From Eledone cirrhosa (lineage: Eukaryota), in NCBI GenBank assembly GCA_964016885.1, contig OZ024742.1, forward strand, positions 271,064,001-271,128,000: 64,000 nt of DNA, in the 5' to 3' direction. Of the stretch, positions 37,626-50,187 are shown piece by piece (position 1 is the first letter of the stretch; every line of letters begins with the position of its first letter). Position numbers and translations under genes: made by a program. The notes below the pieces were generated by a model. That model did no database searches. It was not told the DNA's origin and saw only the letters and a program-made list of their open reading frames with translations.

Positions 37626-38136
37626 CATATATGTATATATATATATATAATGTATATATGTACATGTGTGTGTGCGTGTCTGTGTCTGTCTGTGTATTTG
37701 TGAGAGTTACTGGAAACAAATGATAGTAACAAGCTGACTAAATTCATCAAACCATAAGAAATCGGAAACATTATTCATTCAGTGATGAAGTGAGCTATTT
37801 ATCGACGACAATTGATCAACTGCGAATGCAAGCCAGTTGATGAGAGAAGAAATCACTAGAAAACATGAAGATATATACGAATGAGTTAAAATTCTAGCAC
37901 GTATTAAGTCCTTGCTAAATCTTTTAATAATTGCTGAATGATCAATCAAATGAGACTAGAAAATTATGGGCTACGGATGTACAATTAACTGTGAAAGCCT
38001 TTTAGCAGAGATAATACAAAATGACTAATGAAGAAAACGGATATGATTGTCAAACGTTTATCTCAAGTGTCAAATTTATCCTTAGTATCTTGAATATTAA
38101 TGAGATATAAACATATAAGCCATAACAATACACTCG

Positions 38137-38179
<43 letters not shown>

Positions 38180-38531
38180 ATGTGTGTGTGTGTGTGTGTG
38201 TGTACATTCATGCACACACATACAAACATCTCACTAAGCACACCTATATTCACGCTCATGCATGGTTATATCATACATTTCACTACGCGCACGTTCGAAA
38301 TGTTAGCGTATTTTCATTTCATTTAAATTAATCTGCTCTGCAAACATACAAACCGACCTTTTAAGTCTCTCATAAGGATACATCCGTAATAATGGATTAT
38401 AAAATTTGCTAAAATGAGATTCTTTTATTATCTTAGCAATGTTGATTTTCTTTCTAAAGCATTGTATAGTTTTCAAAATTATTTAAATTTGTGTTTCCTA
38501 TTCAATAAATCTTCAAGCAAACTACAACCCC

Positions 38532-38563
<32 letters not shown>

Positions 38564-38586
38564 CTCTCTCTCTCTCTTTCTCTCTA

Positions 38587-38633
<47 letters not shown>

Positions 38634-41600
38634 GTGTGCATATATATAATATTTGTATGAGTGTTTGTATATGCGGTTTGCTGTTCTGGAATGTATATGT
38701 TTCAATATATGAAAGTACACAACAGTGAAAATAGTTCATGCATACCTTTTATATACACATATTATGAGCCAGTTTCATATTAGTGCTGAATGGTGAAAGA
38801 AAGAATGCTTTTTATTAACGTTCACTTAATTGAATTGATTAATGGCTTCCCATTCTCTGGTTCAAATTGTTATCGTAGCCTTTTAAACGACATAATCCAA
38901 ATGGATTGCAATACCAGCATTGGAAAGCATTTTGGTACTGTAAATTACCTACTTATCTGTAATGTAATTTCACAGAAATATGTGAACGTATCTAAAAATG
39001 TACGAGAATATTTGTTAAGGTGCAATTTTGCTATATGAATGGACCACCGTCAACTCTTAAGATGAATTTTTCAGTTGTTGATTCGGCGTAATAGGCTTCC
39101 CCTTCAATCAATGTGTACTGGCTGAACATGTCGCATACACGCATAACCATATTGGAATTCTCAAGGAAATATTATCATCGGCTATGCGATACCCATTGTA
39201 TTATAAAATGCATTAGACTGCTTGATGTTTGTATTGAATACAGGTACAGTCTACCCAACGAACTTCCAAATAGTTTCAGCCTAACCAGTTCATTTTCCAA
39301 ATTATGGAATGAACTGAAGCCATGACAAATAATTCCAGGCAGTTGGTTTGAAAGCTTCCTCTAATTCTTGTGATGCAAAATTAATAACCATTCGGCTATG
39401 CGATACTCATTAAACTATAGAATAAATTAACATCACGCGAAGACAGTTATTGTTTTTTATTTATCCCTAATTCAATGCAGTCATGGAAAAACTGTTTAAA
39501 AGGTCGGCAGCTATATTTCAATGCCACACTTCCCTTTGTTATTGCATGTATATCTAATTCAACGCTCCCCTTTTCTAAGATATGGTGTAATACAATGGAG
39601 TTTGTGTATTGCCATGACTGCTTTTCTAATCAAAGAATTTATATTAGTAAGGCTATCTGTGTCCATGTACATCTAAACCTCGGTAACAGTAAGAACAATG
39701 TTATCCATTGCAAGTGACACTTGCCAATCGCTTTCCCCGAATAAGTGTCAACGAAGAAAACCTAGAGTTACACTGTCGGCTGAGTAATGTCTAACACCTG
39801 TGTGACATATTTATGTGACTAATACGCTACATCAATGATAGCACTATATATTTCCTCGGACAAAATAGGAGCTATAGTTCTGCTCTACCAAAGATGATTT
39901 AAATCTCATCCATTACCAAAGCGAGCAATATCTATATCACAATTCACACACATTTGGGCTGTATTGACCAATTATATATACCTACCACAGTTACGCACTA
40001 TAGAAAGTACACTCAATCTACGACACTATCGCAGTTCTAACCAAATAAATTGCGGAAGCCTCATGAGGTTTAATACTATATATTTACCGAATACTGTAAG
40101 TCCTGTTATTATATAATTGGATACAAAAACGTATTCATCAATCAAAGGACCTACTGTAATCGCTGGTGTCTACTTCAGCTCTCCTAAAATAGTCTTTGTT
40201 TATTTAAGGAGGTATGTTACTCTAACCCCTTTTATTTAACTGCGATAGTTCCAGAATTCACAATCTTAGAAAGAAAAACTTCAACTGTGCATTGCTTGCG
40301 AAATCTCGTAGCGTGATATTCGTGAAATATTGACTATGCGGGCTAAGTGCGAGAAGATTTCTGGTCATCGGATCTGATATTGTCTCATTCAATTATCGTG
40401 ACACAGTGAGATATTAACTTCTCGCAAAACCCTTCAAACATATTTTCCTAGCTTCATATATTCATTTAGCATACACATGCTATCAAGTTCCCTATTCCTA
40501 GTGCGATCAAGTGCACACTTTCTCCCCAAATTCCAATCTACGGTTCACAGTTTCGGCACAGTTTAGTTGAAAATGTCGATAATATTTTTCTTTCATACGG
40601 ATCTACAGTGTTTTTGACAGGTTACAGACAACCATTGTCACTTCTGTATTGCCAGTATTATTATATATCTGCTCTCACATCTCAGAACTAAGTGAGGCAT
40701 TAGCCTTCAACATTTATTTAAATACAAATACGCCTCGCATATACCAGCATTGCATTTGACTTTCTCTGGCATTAGCTAGTCATGGCTAAAGATCAATATC
40801 CTTCCACCGAATGCCTGCTGAGTCTGACGTTTTGAAAATGTCTCATCACTGCAGCTTGCGTAAATATGGTTTCTTTCATGGCTCAGTTATATGGTCCACA
40901 CTATTTTACATTAATGAAATGTACGATGATAACACCCACACAAACCATTTCTCTTTGAATGAAACAATTTCTCATTCACTCTCCTTTAACATTTCGAAAG
41001 AAGAAAGATTTCTATACGCCAACTCTACACTGATTTTGTGTCCATCGACAGTTTTGCTCTTATTCTGTAGTTCGAAGGCTCATGATTGCTCATATCAATG
41101 AAACTATTTCTATGTGAATCTTCCCATGATCAGTCAATCACGAAAACATTTTAAATTCGATAAAAATTCTAGATTTGTTAAAAATCTCCCTGCACAATTT
41201 TAATTGTAAAGCATCGTGAATCATACATAAAAAATAATATAATTACTCTTCAGGGATAGAGGATTACTAATCCCTACCAACGGCATCTTCCGTACAAATA
41301 ACAGCCACAAACCTTGTTTCAATACATCTAAGTAATATATTTGGCAGATACGCAAGGATTGATGCAATGCACACACACATTTACGTCATACCAAATGCTA
41401 GTTATGTCATCACTAGCTTTTGACTGGATGTATGATGTTGAAGGTTAATGGCATGGTTTAATTCTGCTGAAAAATCATTGATGAAACATGAACTGTACCC
41501 AGAAGCAAGATTTAGCCACTGTATAGCTCGTGATTCCGCACTCGAGCGTACCAATTTGTGAAATACATGTTCACTACTCCTGCAAGTAACAATAATAGAA

Positions 41601-41858
41601 CGAATAGAACTTGTTTAAGCATTTAAACATTTAATGAATCTGAAGTTGTGCAACATGACACCATCCTAATATTGTACAAAAGACGCTTATGGCATAGGTT
41701 ACCGGGAAAATATCTAATTCATCAATTCAAATAGAATACGGTGTTTAATGATATGACATAAATATCGATACAAGAGTAATATTTACATTAGCAGGAGATC
41801 GAGGAAATTTACACGTTATAATTAATCATCATTCTGTCAGATGTGAGCCTATGGTCAT

Positions 41859-41997
<139 letters not shown>

Positions 41998-42342
41998 CAT
42001 AGAAACCGTCCAGATGACAAATTTCATAGTTAAAAGATATTTAATTTAATGCTCCCTAAGTCACATGCTATGTAAAGATTCTTGAATCTTCGATTTTCTC
42101 TTATATTTTGCCTTTTATCTCGCCAGCTATCATTTTATCCCATTATGCGATTATGTAAATCAGTTTAGATTAATTATTTCTTTAATCTTTTGCTCTGCAT
42201 ATGGACCTAAATCTCTTTCTGACTATTTCTCTGTCAAATAAACAGGCAGCCGACATATAGAGAGGCAAGTACGTAGAAAAATAGATAGACGAATACGCGG
42301 GTAGGTTAGTAAGTATATATATATATAGATAGATGTGTGTGT

Positions 42343-42555
42343 GTAGTCTTGATAGCCGCTAATGAGCAAGAAGAAACAGGACTGTGGACTACTCCTTTTT
42401 TTGCCAAAAATAGGTACGCGTCCTAGTCACTACTTTCAAATTCATAACGAATGATCTTCAAAATGCTTTTAATTAAACAAACGGTATAATACCAAATATA
42501 CTATACGTGCATTCATACATACATCGCTATTTCAGAGCACCAATACCAATACCTA

Positions 42556-42557
<2 letters not shown>
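42343..42557 (+). repeat. Diverged solitary relative of the 310-bp array unit, with a decayed hammerhead
   Basis: GTAGTC..GACTAC stem I, TCTTCAAAATG and ATCGCTATTTCAGAGCA occur in the same order as in the array unit. Confidence 0.7.
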
Positions 42558-42631
<74 letters not shown>

Positions 42632-43737
42632 CGAATAAGTGGGAATTTAGTTGTAACGGATAGATGGGTTGTTGGTATGATGGTTTCAATGCAAAGAATA
42701 ATACCAGGATTATGCTGTTACAATGTTTTTTTTATTATAACAATATTCAATTTGAATATTGAATGATAAAATCTATAACATGAAATATTCTTACAATAAG
42801 TTGGTGGCTCTGCGAGCCACGTATATGCAAGTATAACAGAATACTACATAATATAATTAGTATTGTATATGAAAGATACAATATGACGGACAGAAATAGT
42901 GCGTGTTAAAATCCAAGCAGTGTGAACTTACTATGTGCGCGTGTGTGCATATTAGTATACTTTCTTGTCTTAGCAGTAGTAGGATTCAATCAGCCAGGCG
43001 GGAAAGGCATGTGAGAAATTAGTGGACAGACTGGTTTTTCGTGAAGGGAGATTTGACGGCGTCACTGATACCTCCTTTCTTGTCTGTAGTCTCACTTTTT
43101 CTGCCGGGCGTAAACAACCCTTGTGTTTATAAGGGTTGCAGTTAGAAGGATAGATATATCATCTGACCTCTTTTCTGCCATGCTAAACAACCTCTGACTT
43201 GTGGTTACCATCACCCAAGGGGTTGGTCTGCCGGGAGTAAACAACTAACCACGGCTTGTCCCAGGGGCGGGAAATCTCAGATTCGGTTTCGAACCTTCGC
43301 CGCCCTTATATATATATATATATAAATTTTATCTAAATTTTACTTTTCTTTGGTTCCATCTATATTCCTCTAATTGTTCTATGTTTAGAACACATTATTC
43401 CTCTTGAACAAAGAAATAACAAATGTTTAGGATTGTTCTATACTATTCTACTAGATATAACACACTGATATCTGTACCCCTTTTCCTCCAACTTTAATCT
43501 TCCTTGACCATCCACACTTTCCTATACAATCTGTGTAAATTCCTTTACACTCCCAACTTTCTTTTCTTTTCTTAAAGGTCATTCGATACCTCTTCCCCCG
43601 ACTGCTAATTTATTCATCTACTACTACCAGCTTATTGATCTATGTTGCCCCTTCCTATTTTTACTATTGGTCAATCTGAACCTTGTTCTTAAAAGGTTAC
43701 TTATTCATACATGTTTTTATATTCTTCAATAAACAAC

Positions 43738-43878
43738 ACTCATTATTTCTGAAGACGGCGGGTAGGGAAGACGTATGTATATTTTCTTACTTTGATAAGT
43801 TGTAATATATTTTACATAGATCACTAATAGAATGAACATACGCAGAACTACCCCCAGAACGATTGTAAAATAATGAGT
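43738..43878 (+). ncRNA. Hammerhead-like motif with about 100-nt stem II, damaged GAAA box
   Basis: 11-bp stem I ACTCATTATTT/AAATAATGAGT; CTGAAGA; GGGTAG/CTACCC and CGTATGT/ACATACG helices; AGAA in place of GAAA; ACGATTGT-A. Confidence 0.7.
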
Positions 43879-44226
43879 TTTAAATGAATTACCCGTATTT
43901 TGTTTAATTTCATTGTTTTCAATATTTTTATTATATATATATATATATATATATATCTATTATATAAACATTCAATAATATGTTGACGGGATTAGCATGG
44001 GTTTCACTGCTAGTACAGGTTGCATCTCAGCATACTGATTAAGTAATGTTATGTAAAATTCCATAGTAGACACATGGATATTCGCTTCAATACAACACAC
44101 GTAAATGAGTACCTTCAATCCATACCCGTACTCGAGATTCGGTCACACTTAATACACCAATAGAGTGCACAACATCTACTGTCTGCATTTCTTATGTATA
44201 TGTATATATATAGAGAGAGATTAGAT

Positions 44227-44370
44227 TATCCCGGGTTCAATCGTGTGTAACCACAGTAAGTAGGGCACACAATACATAGCAGAGTATAAATATTTAATAT
44301 AGAAATGGGTTCTACAGGACTAGACCTGTTTCATTCGGCAGAAATCGCCAGGAAACCGACTGTCCGCGTA
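44227..44370 (-). mobile_element. Solo Penelope terminal-region fragment related to 34843-34980, with a decayed HHR at 44308-44357
   Basis: Shares CCCGGGTT..AACCACAGTAAGTA..CAATACAT.GCAGAGTA..TTCTACAGGACTAG..CTGTTTCATTC; the core reads CTGGCGA. Confidence 0.8.
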
Positions 44371-44631
44371 AACTCCTGTTTAAAACGTTCACTTAAGCTA
44401 ACAATGGCTATTCATTGGTAGTTGTGCTGAAATGGTCAGGTGCCTAAAATCACAGTCGCACCCACACACATTCCCTCACTCCCACACAAACGCAGACGCA
44501 CCAACACTCACTAACATATATATATATATATATATACATACACATATACACACATATATATATATAGACACATATGTATATATATAGACATATGCATATA
44601 TATAAACACATATATACATACACACACACAA

Positions 44632-44686
<55 letters not shown>

Positions 44687-44752
44687 GAAGAGAGAAGAAA
44701 CATTTAGATATAATTAGTAATAAGATGTATCATACCTAAACTGCTTCTAGAT

Positions 44753-44842
44753 TCCTCGACTACGTAGTTTCGTGGCATAAACAAAAACAAAACATCATAT
44801 AGATATAGAGCCTTTGAGAGGTCTGCCGACTTATCAAGAGGA
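44753..44842 (-). ncRNA. Type I hammerhead with U3-A8 core and 59-nt stem II
   Basis: Minus strand reads TCCTC TTGATAA GTCGGCA...TGCCAC GAA ACTACGTAGT C GAGGA; GUC site. Confidence 0.8.
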
Positions 44843-44990
44843 TACCTCGTTTTACTAGCCTCAAGAACGCGTCTATATGATGTGAGAAATAATCCCAAAA
44901 GGCGGAGGGAGAGACAGGAGACAGTCACGTGATACAACGGTCAAGAAACAGAGCTATGCCCCTTATAACCCCGAAAAAAATAGCGAGGTA

Positions 44991-45080
44991 TCCTCTTGAT
45001 AAGTCGGCAGACCTCGCAAAGGCTCTATATCTATATGATGTATTGTTTTTGTTTATGCCACGAAACTACGTACTCGAGGA
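44991..45080 (+). ncRNA. Sister hammerhead (U3-A8) with one stem III substitution
   Basis: TCCTC TTGATAA GTCGGCA...TGCCAC GAA ACTACGTACT C GAGGA. Confidence 0.72.
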
Positions 45081-45320
45081 ATCTAGAAGCAGTTTAGGTA
45101 TGATACATATTATTACTAGTTATATCTAAATGTTTCTTCTCTCTTCATAATGTACTTTTAGCTCTGATACTGGTTCAGTCTAATCCATTCGGATTGGTTT
45201 GTCCCAGTTATTCATAGAGCAACATCGGTTAAGGTTGGCACCATTAACTCCAGGATGGATGTGGATATATTCATGTATCTGTGTGTGTCCGCATGTATCT
45301 GTGGGTTTCTCAATATATTG

Positions 45321-45356
<36 letters not shown>

Positions 45357-45359
45357 TTG

Positions 45360-45446
<87 letters not shown>

Positions 45447-46123
45447 ATTTCGCTCTACATGGCTGAATACAATAAATGTAATATGAGTTTTTCGAATATT
45501 AATAAAAACATTCGATTCCTTTTCAAGTATGCAAGCAAGCCTCAATGGCATAGCCATGTCAATAGAATGAACACTTCATTCTTGCTCTCGTGTTGGCATG
45601 CGAACAGAACTGCAGACACTAATGTTTCTTGATATCACCCTTCATCAATACAGCTCACTGTTCACCTGCCAAATTGTCAGAGCTTGTGAAAATATATGCT
45701 ATTTCCAAAAATACACAGTGACTGATCGGCCTGATTTGCATTTTAGCAGACTGGCTGATCAGTATATATACATATATATAAATACACACACATCTACATA
45801 CACACACATCTATAAACATATACACATGTGGGAAAGGCAAGTAGGTAAGAAGTACTTACATGACCATAGTCCCGTGGGGCGTCTGGCGAGGAACCTTCTG
45901 TTGAGTGAAGGGTGTAGCGTGGGATGGAGGGGGGGATACTTTGTCGAGTGGCGTTCTTTTTGTAAATCATCCATCTGGTATCAAGACTGGCTTGAGATAT
46001 TTGTAAGTTGCAACGTTTTTGTACATGCAACTTGGGCAGTGTTCATCAAACAATGACCTCCATCCTTCCCAATCATCACCCACTCCCACCACCAGAAATA
46101 GTATACATACTAGCATATTACTT

Positions 46124-46237
46124 GGACAGTCGGTTTCGTGATGTTTTATCCCGAATGAAAGAGTTCTAGTGATGTAGAACCCATCTCTATATTAAACCCA
46201 TTTCTATCTTGTCCTGTACAACCCATTTCTATATTAA

Positions 46238-46240
<3 letters not shown>
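46124..46240 (+). mobile_element. Degenerate copy of the 44290-44366 HHR region in opposite orientation
   Basis: GGACAGTCGGTTTC..CCGAATGAAA..TCTAGT..TGTAGAACCCAT..ATATTAAATA. Confidence 0.7.
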
Positions 46241-46310
<70 letters not shown>

Positions 46311-46480
46311 ATACAATAACAGAGATAGTTTAAAGCTAAACTCTGACTGGTAACCATCTCACTCAACAAACATTAGGTTATATTTTAATATAATCCCAAT
46401 ATAAGTGTTTGGGGTGCTAACAATATGTATTATGTGGAAAAGCCAATTGTATTATTTTATGAGATATAATTAAAGTTAAA

Positions 46481-46568
<88 letters not shown>

Positions 46569-46674
46569 CTATGGAGATATAGAAAATGCAGAAGCGAAAA
46601 CCAACCAAACAGTGATCGTGTTTTGTTACGACAATAGTATTACAACAATATGACCCTTCCCAAGTATAACAATA

Positions 46675-46816
<142 letters not shown>

Positions 46817-48039
46817 GGGATTGTGGATTGTGGTAAGGAACCAGATGGACCATAACGCACCAACGTACTCAATACTTTGGGTAGTAGACTGGGTAATAGT
46901 CCAGAAATACCCGTCAAAACGGCTTGAGCTCTGCCGTCGGGGTCATACTTGTTCATATATATATATATATGTACATGGTGGGGCTATTGTTTATATCTAC
47001 CAAAATCTAAGAGAAAATCTATAATCTTATAACAACTATTTATCAAATGCATAACGCAGATACACAAATAGGAAACCCACTACATACCAAAACTTCTTTA
47101 ATAAAATTATCGCAGATATTAAAAAATATACGATTAATAATTAAAATATGTGTTTAAATGTGAAAAACATGAATTATGAGAAAATTTCTCTGAATATTGA
47201 TAGTTTCTTTTTTTATTGCCTTCGCAATATTTTACTGGGTAAAATTTCGATCAAACCTTATTTAATTCAGTTCATTGCCTGTTCTTGTCTGTTTGTATTT
47301 CTTGGTAAACTATGCATATATTTCACTATATGCACATTTCCTCAAATATGATCGTTGAAATATGCCTCTAATAGTTTTTAATAAGTGCAAGAATTTTACA
47401 ATTGAATTGAAACCGTATCACATTTACCATTAGGATTTGCAGTCGTAGAAAATGTATTTTCTCTCTATTAGTCTTGTACACTTCTCAACATCTATGCCAA
47501 TTCAAGCTACTTCATATAGATTTCTGAATAGCAAGAGTATGTGGTTCGTTTCAGCTATTGTATATTATTCAATTCTTGAAAGAATTATGAAGTGTAAATT
47601 GTAAAAAGAGATCTTATATTTAATGCTAGATTAACTTCACACATATTTTATTGGAGTTCTCTTGCCAAAGCCCAGGTCATTGCGTTTGATGTAAATACGA
47701 ATTGATTTGTATATATTGTCTGACCTGAAATCGTTGATTTTATCATATTTATTCACAAATATATAAATGTTTAGTACATGTCATTGAATAATCCAATATA
47801 TTTAGGTTGCTGATATATAAATTCCTTTGAGAATGGACTCGTAGCTATGATAGGAATATAACGTCTCTGGTGACCTTTTGCATTCGAAATTAGAATATAC
47901 ATTAGAATATACATTATTGCAACTCTTGTAGAAATAATTCAAATACTGTTCAGAGAGATTGTATGCATAAGCAACACCATAAATATAAATTGAGTTTGTT
48001 GATGACTAGCAAGTTAAATTTGTAATGTACTGCTAAAAT

Positions 48040-49060
48040 ATTTCGAATGTTTAATAGTATACTGAAAATGTTTCCATGGAGAATTAGACGACAATTGCTT
48101 CCTGAATTCCTACAATCACAGTTCGGTTTCAAGAAGGAGCGAGGCACGGGAAACGTAACCTTTGTCATGAGAATAATGAACGAAAATGTCATACAACACC
48201 AACTATCTCTCTGTTATCGATTTTCAGAAAGCTTTTGTTAAAGTTCGACACCTTTAGCTTTTTAAAATGCTCGACAACATCAGAATTTATGACAAACATA
48301 TGAGAATAGGGTTCGTCTACGAAGAGCAGCTTGCTGCAGTTCGACTGTAGGGAAGAATGACTGACCTGTATCGCATTAGGAAGGGGAGTACGCCAGAGAT
48401 GTGTAATCCGCCAGACCTCTTTGATTTATGCTCATATATGATTTTTCGTGAACTTGAGGACCACCCGGAAGGAATTACCATTAATGATCACAAGGTAAAT
48501 AATCTTAGGAACCCTGACGATACAGTCCTTCTTGCCACGTCGTGTGAAGATCTACCGAGACTCTGGTGCAACATTTGTTACCCGTAACTAATTAGGAATA
48601 AGCATGAACAGCAAGATGACAAAAGTAATGGTTATATCGAAGCCTGAGATACCTCCAGCATGTTAACTCTACCACTTCAATACCTGTATTGAACAGGTTT
48701 TATCCTTCAATTACCTTCCGATGCAAGAAAGAAATTCGAAGAAGAATAGCTCTTGCAACAGATACATTCTCGATACTCCGGTCGAACTTTGTCGAACACA
48801 AACTTTCAATCGGAATCAACATTCCTTTACTAAAAACAAATTCTTTAAACACTTCTTTAAGGCTGCTAATCATGGACTTTCACGAATCAGACACGTAGAT
48901 AACATAACTCTACCGAGATGTAGTTCCATCGCAGAATACTCAGGATTTAGTACGTAAAACCGAATAAATAATGAAGAGGTTTTGATGAAGGTTTTGAAGA
49001 GAGTGCGGATTGAACGTGCGATACTGCTCGCTATTAAATATTCCAGGGAATCGTGCCTAA
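48040..49060 (+). mobile_element. Decayed RTE-like LINE RT fragment
   Basis: QSQFGFKKERGT, (I)DFQKAF in a shifted frame, INDHKVNNLRNPDDTVLLA, KEIRRRIALA. Confidence 0.8.
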
Positions 49061-49294
49061 TCACGCAAATGTAGGTCCTTTTTTGACAATTTGTATATCA
49101 AAGGCACATAAATATGGGATCCTGGCCGAGAACGAAGAGCCTGGAACGTCTTGGTTCATCAAATACTGATACAGTGATGGCACAAGAAGACATTCCTGGA
49201 ACTTTGCGCATTAAAGTAAATATTTTGCACGTCGTTGAGGATTCTGTTTAACTGGTGTAGTAGAAGGCTTTCAAAATACCTTCCTTTATATGTA

Positions 49295-50187
49295 CCGTAT
49301 ATGTTGGCTTACAAATCGGCTGGACGTATAAGACTGCCCCCAAATGTTCAAGATAAAACGTAGGTTTTTAACTATCGTGTTGAGTGTATTAAAAAAATTC
49401 AGTAAGCATATACATTTTTTCACTCAAATTCTAATGAATCAATGGTGGAGAGATATTGTTAATTAACTACTACAATCAACACTTAACGTTCCCTACCATA
49501 AACTACCCGGTACAGTTACCTTTAATATATTACTGACAATTGCTTACAGGTAAAACATTTAAAAGTAGTTTAATATATTTAATAAAATCCATACCATACA
49601 ATTTACAATAGAAAAAAATGAATGTTTTAATATTATCTTGACAAATGATTGAAACATTTTTTTACCGTTAACACATTTTATCCTGAACTGTCTGGCAGAG
49701 TCCTCTCTATAGCTTTCGACCACCACAGCCAAACAATTGTGTTTACTATGTGTGACAATTGTTTTGGATATCTCGCTTAACGAATATGCGTTTTGTTATT
49801 CTCGTGCAATCATAACACATGTATAAGTTAAAACTTATTTTATTACATTGTACTTTTATTATTTTATCAGAATAATTGTTCCTACTTTTGGCACAAGGCC
49901 AGCAATTATCCCATTGAATTAATGGTACTTTATTTTATCGACCCCGTAAGGATAAAAGGCAAAGTTAACCTCGGCGGGGCGAATTAAGTTGTTTCAGTAG
50001 AAAATAACTATGTTGATATTTACCAAGACAGGGTTAGCCTATCGTCAAAAATAAACAATGCTAACAACTTACCATAAACCACAGGAATTATGGTTCACAT
50101 TTTCTACCTGGAGTACAATACGACCCACGGTTTTGGGGTGAGGGAGCAGTAATATTAAAAGTTCCCTTTGTACGCCGACATATACGG
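49295..50187. mobile_element. Tc1/mariner-pogo-type MITE with 21-bp TIRs and TA target-site duplication
   Basis: TA|CCGTATATGTTGGCTTACAAA ... TTTGTACGCCGACATATACGG|TA (19/21 match); no transposase ORF. Confidence 0.82.
49872..49979 (-). mobile_element. SINE family A nested in the MITE
   Basis: Conserved block GGCACAAGGCCAGCAATTA..ATCGACCCCGTAAGGAT..AACCTCGGCGGG. Confidence 0.8.

Larger units (their letters stand above)
44682..45151. repeat. 168-bp inverted repeat with a 134-bp spacer, each arm carrying an HHR
   Basis: 44682-44849 is the near-perfect reverse complement of 44984-45151. Confidence 0.95.

Noticed and set aside
38750-41800. Possible host exons or a decayed DNA transposon in complex, non-repetitive sequence
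   Set aside because: No recognisable protein motif, termini or convincing splice pattern by eye; needs BLASTx or RNA-seq
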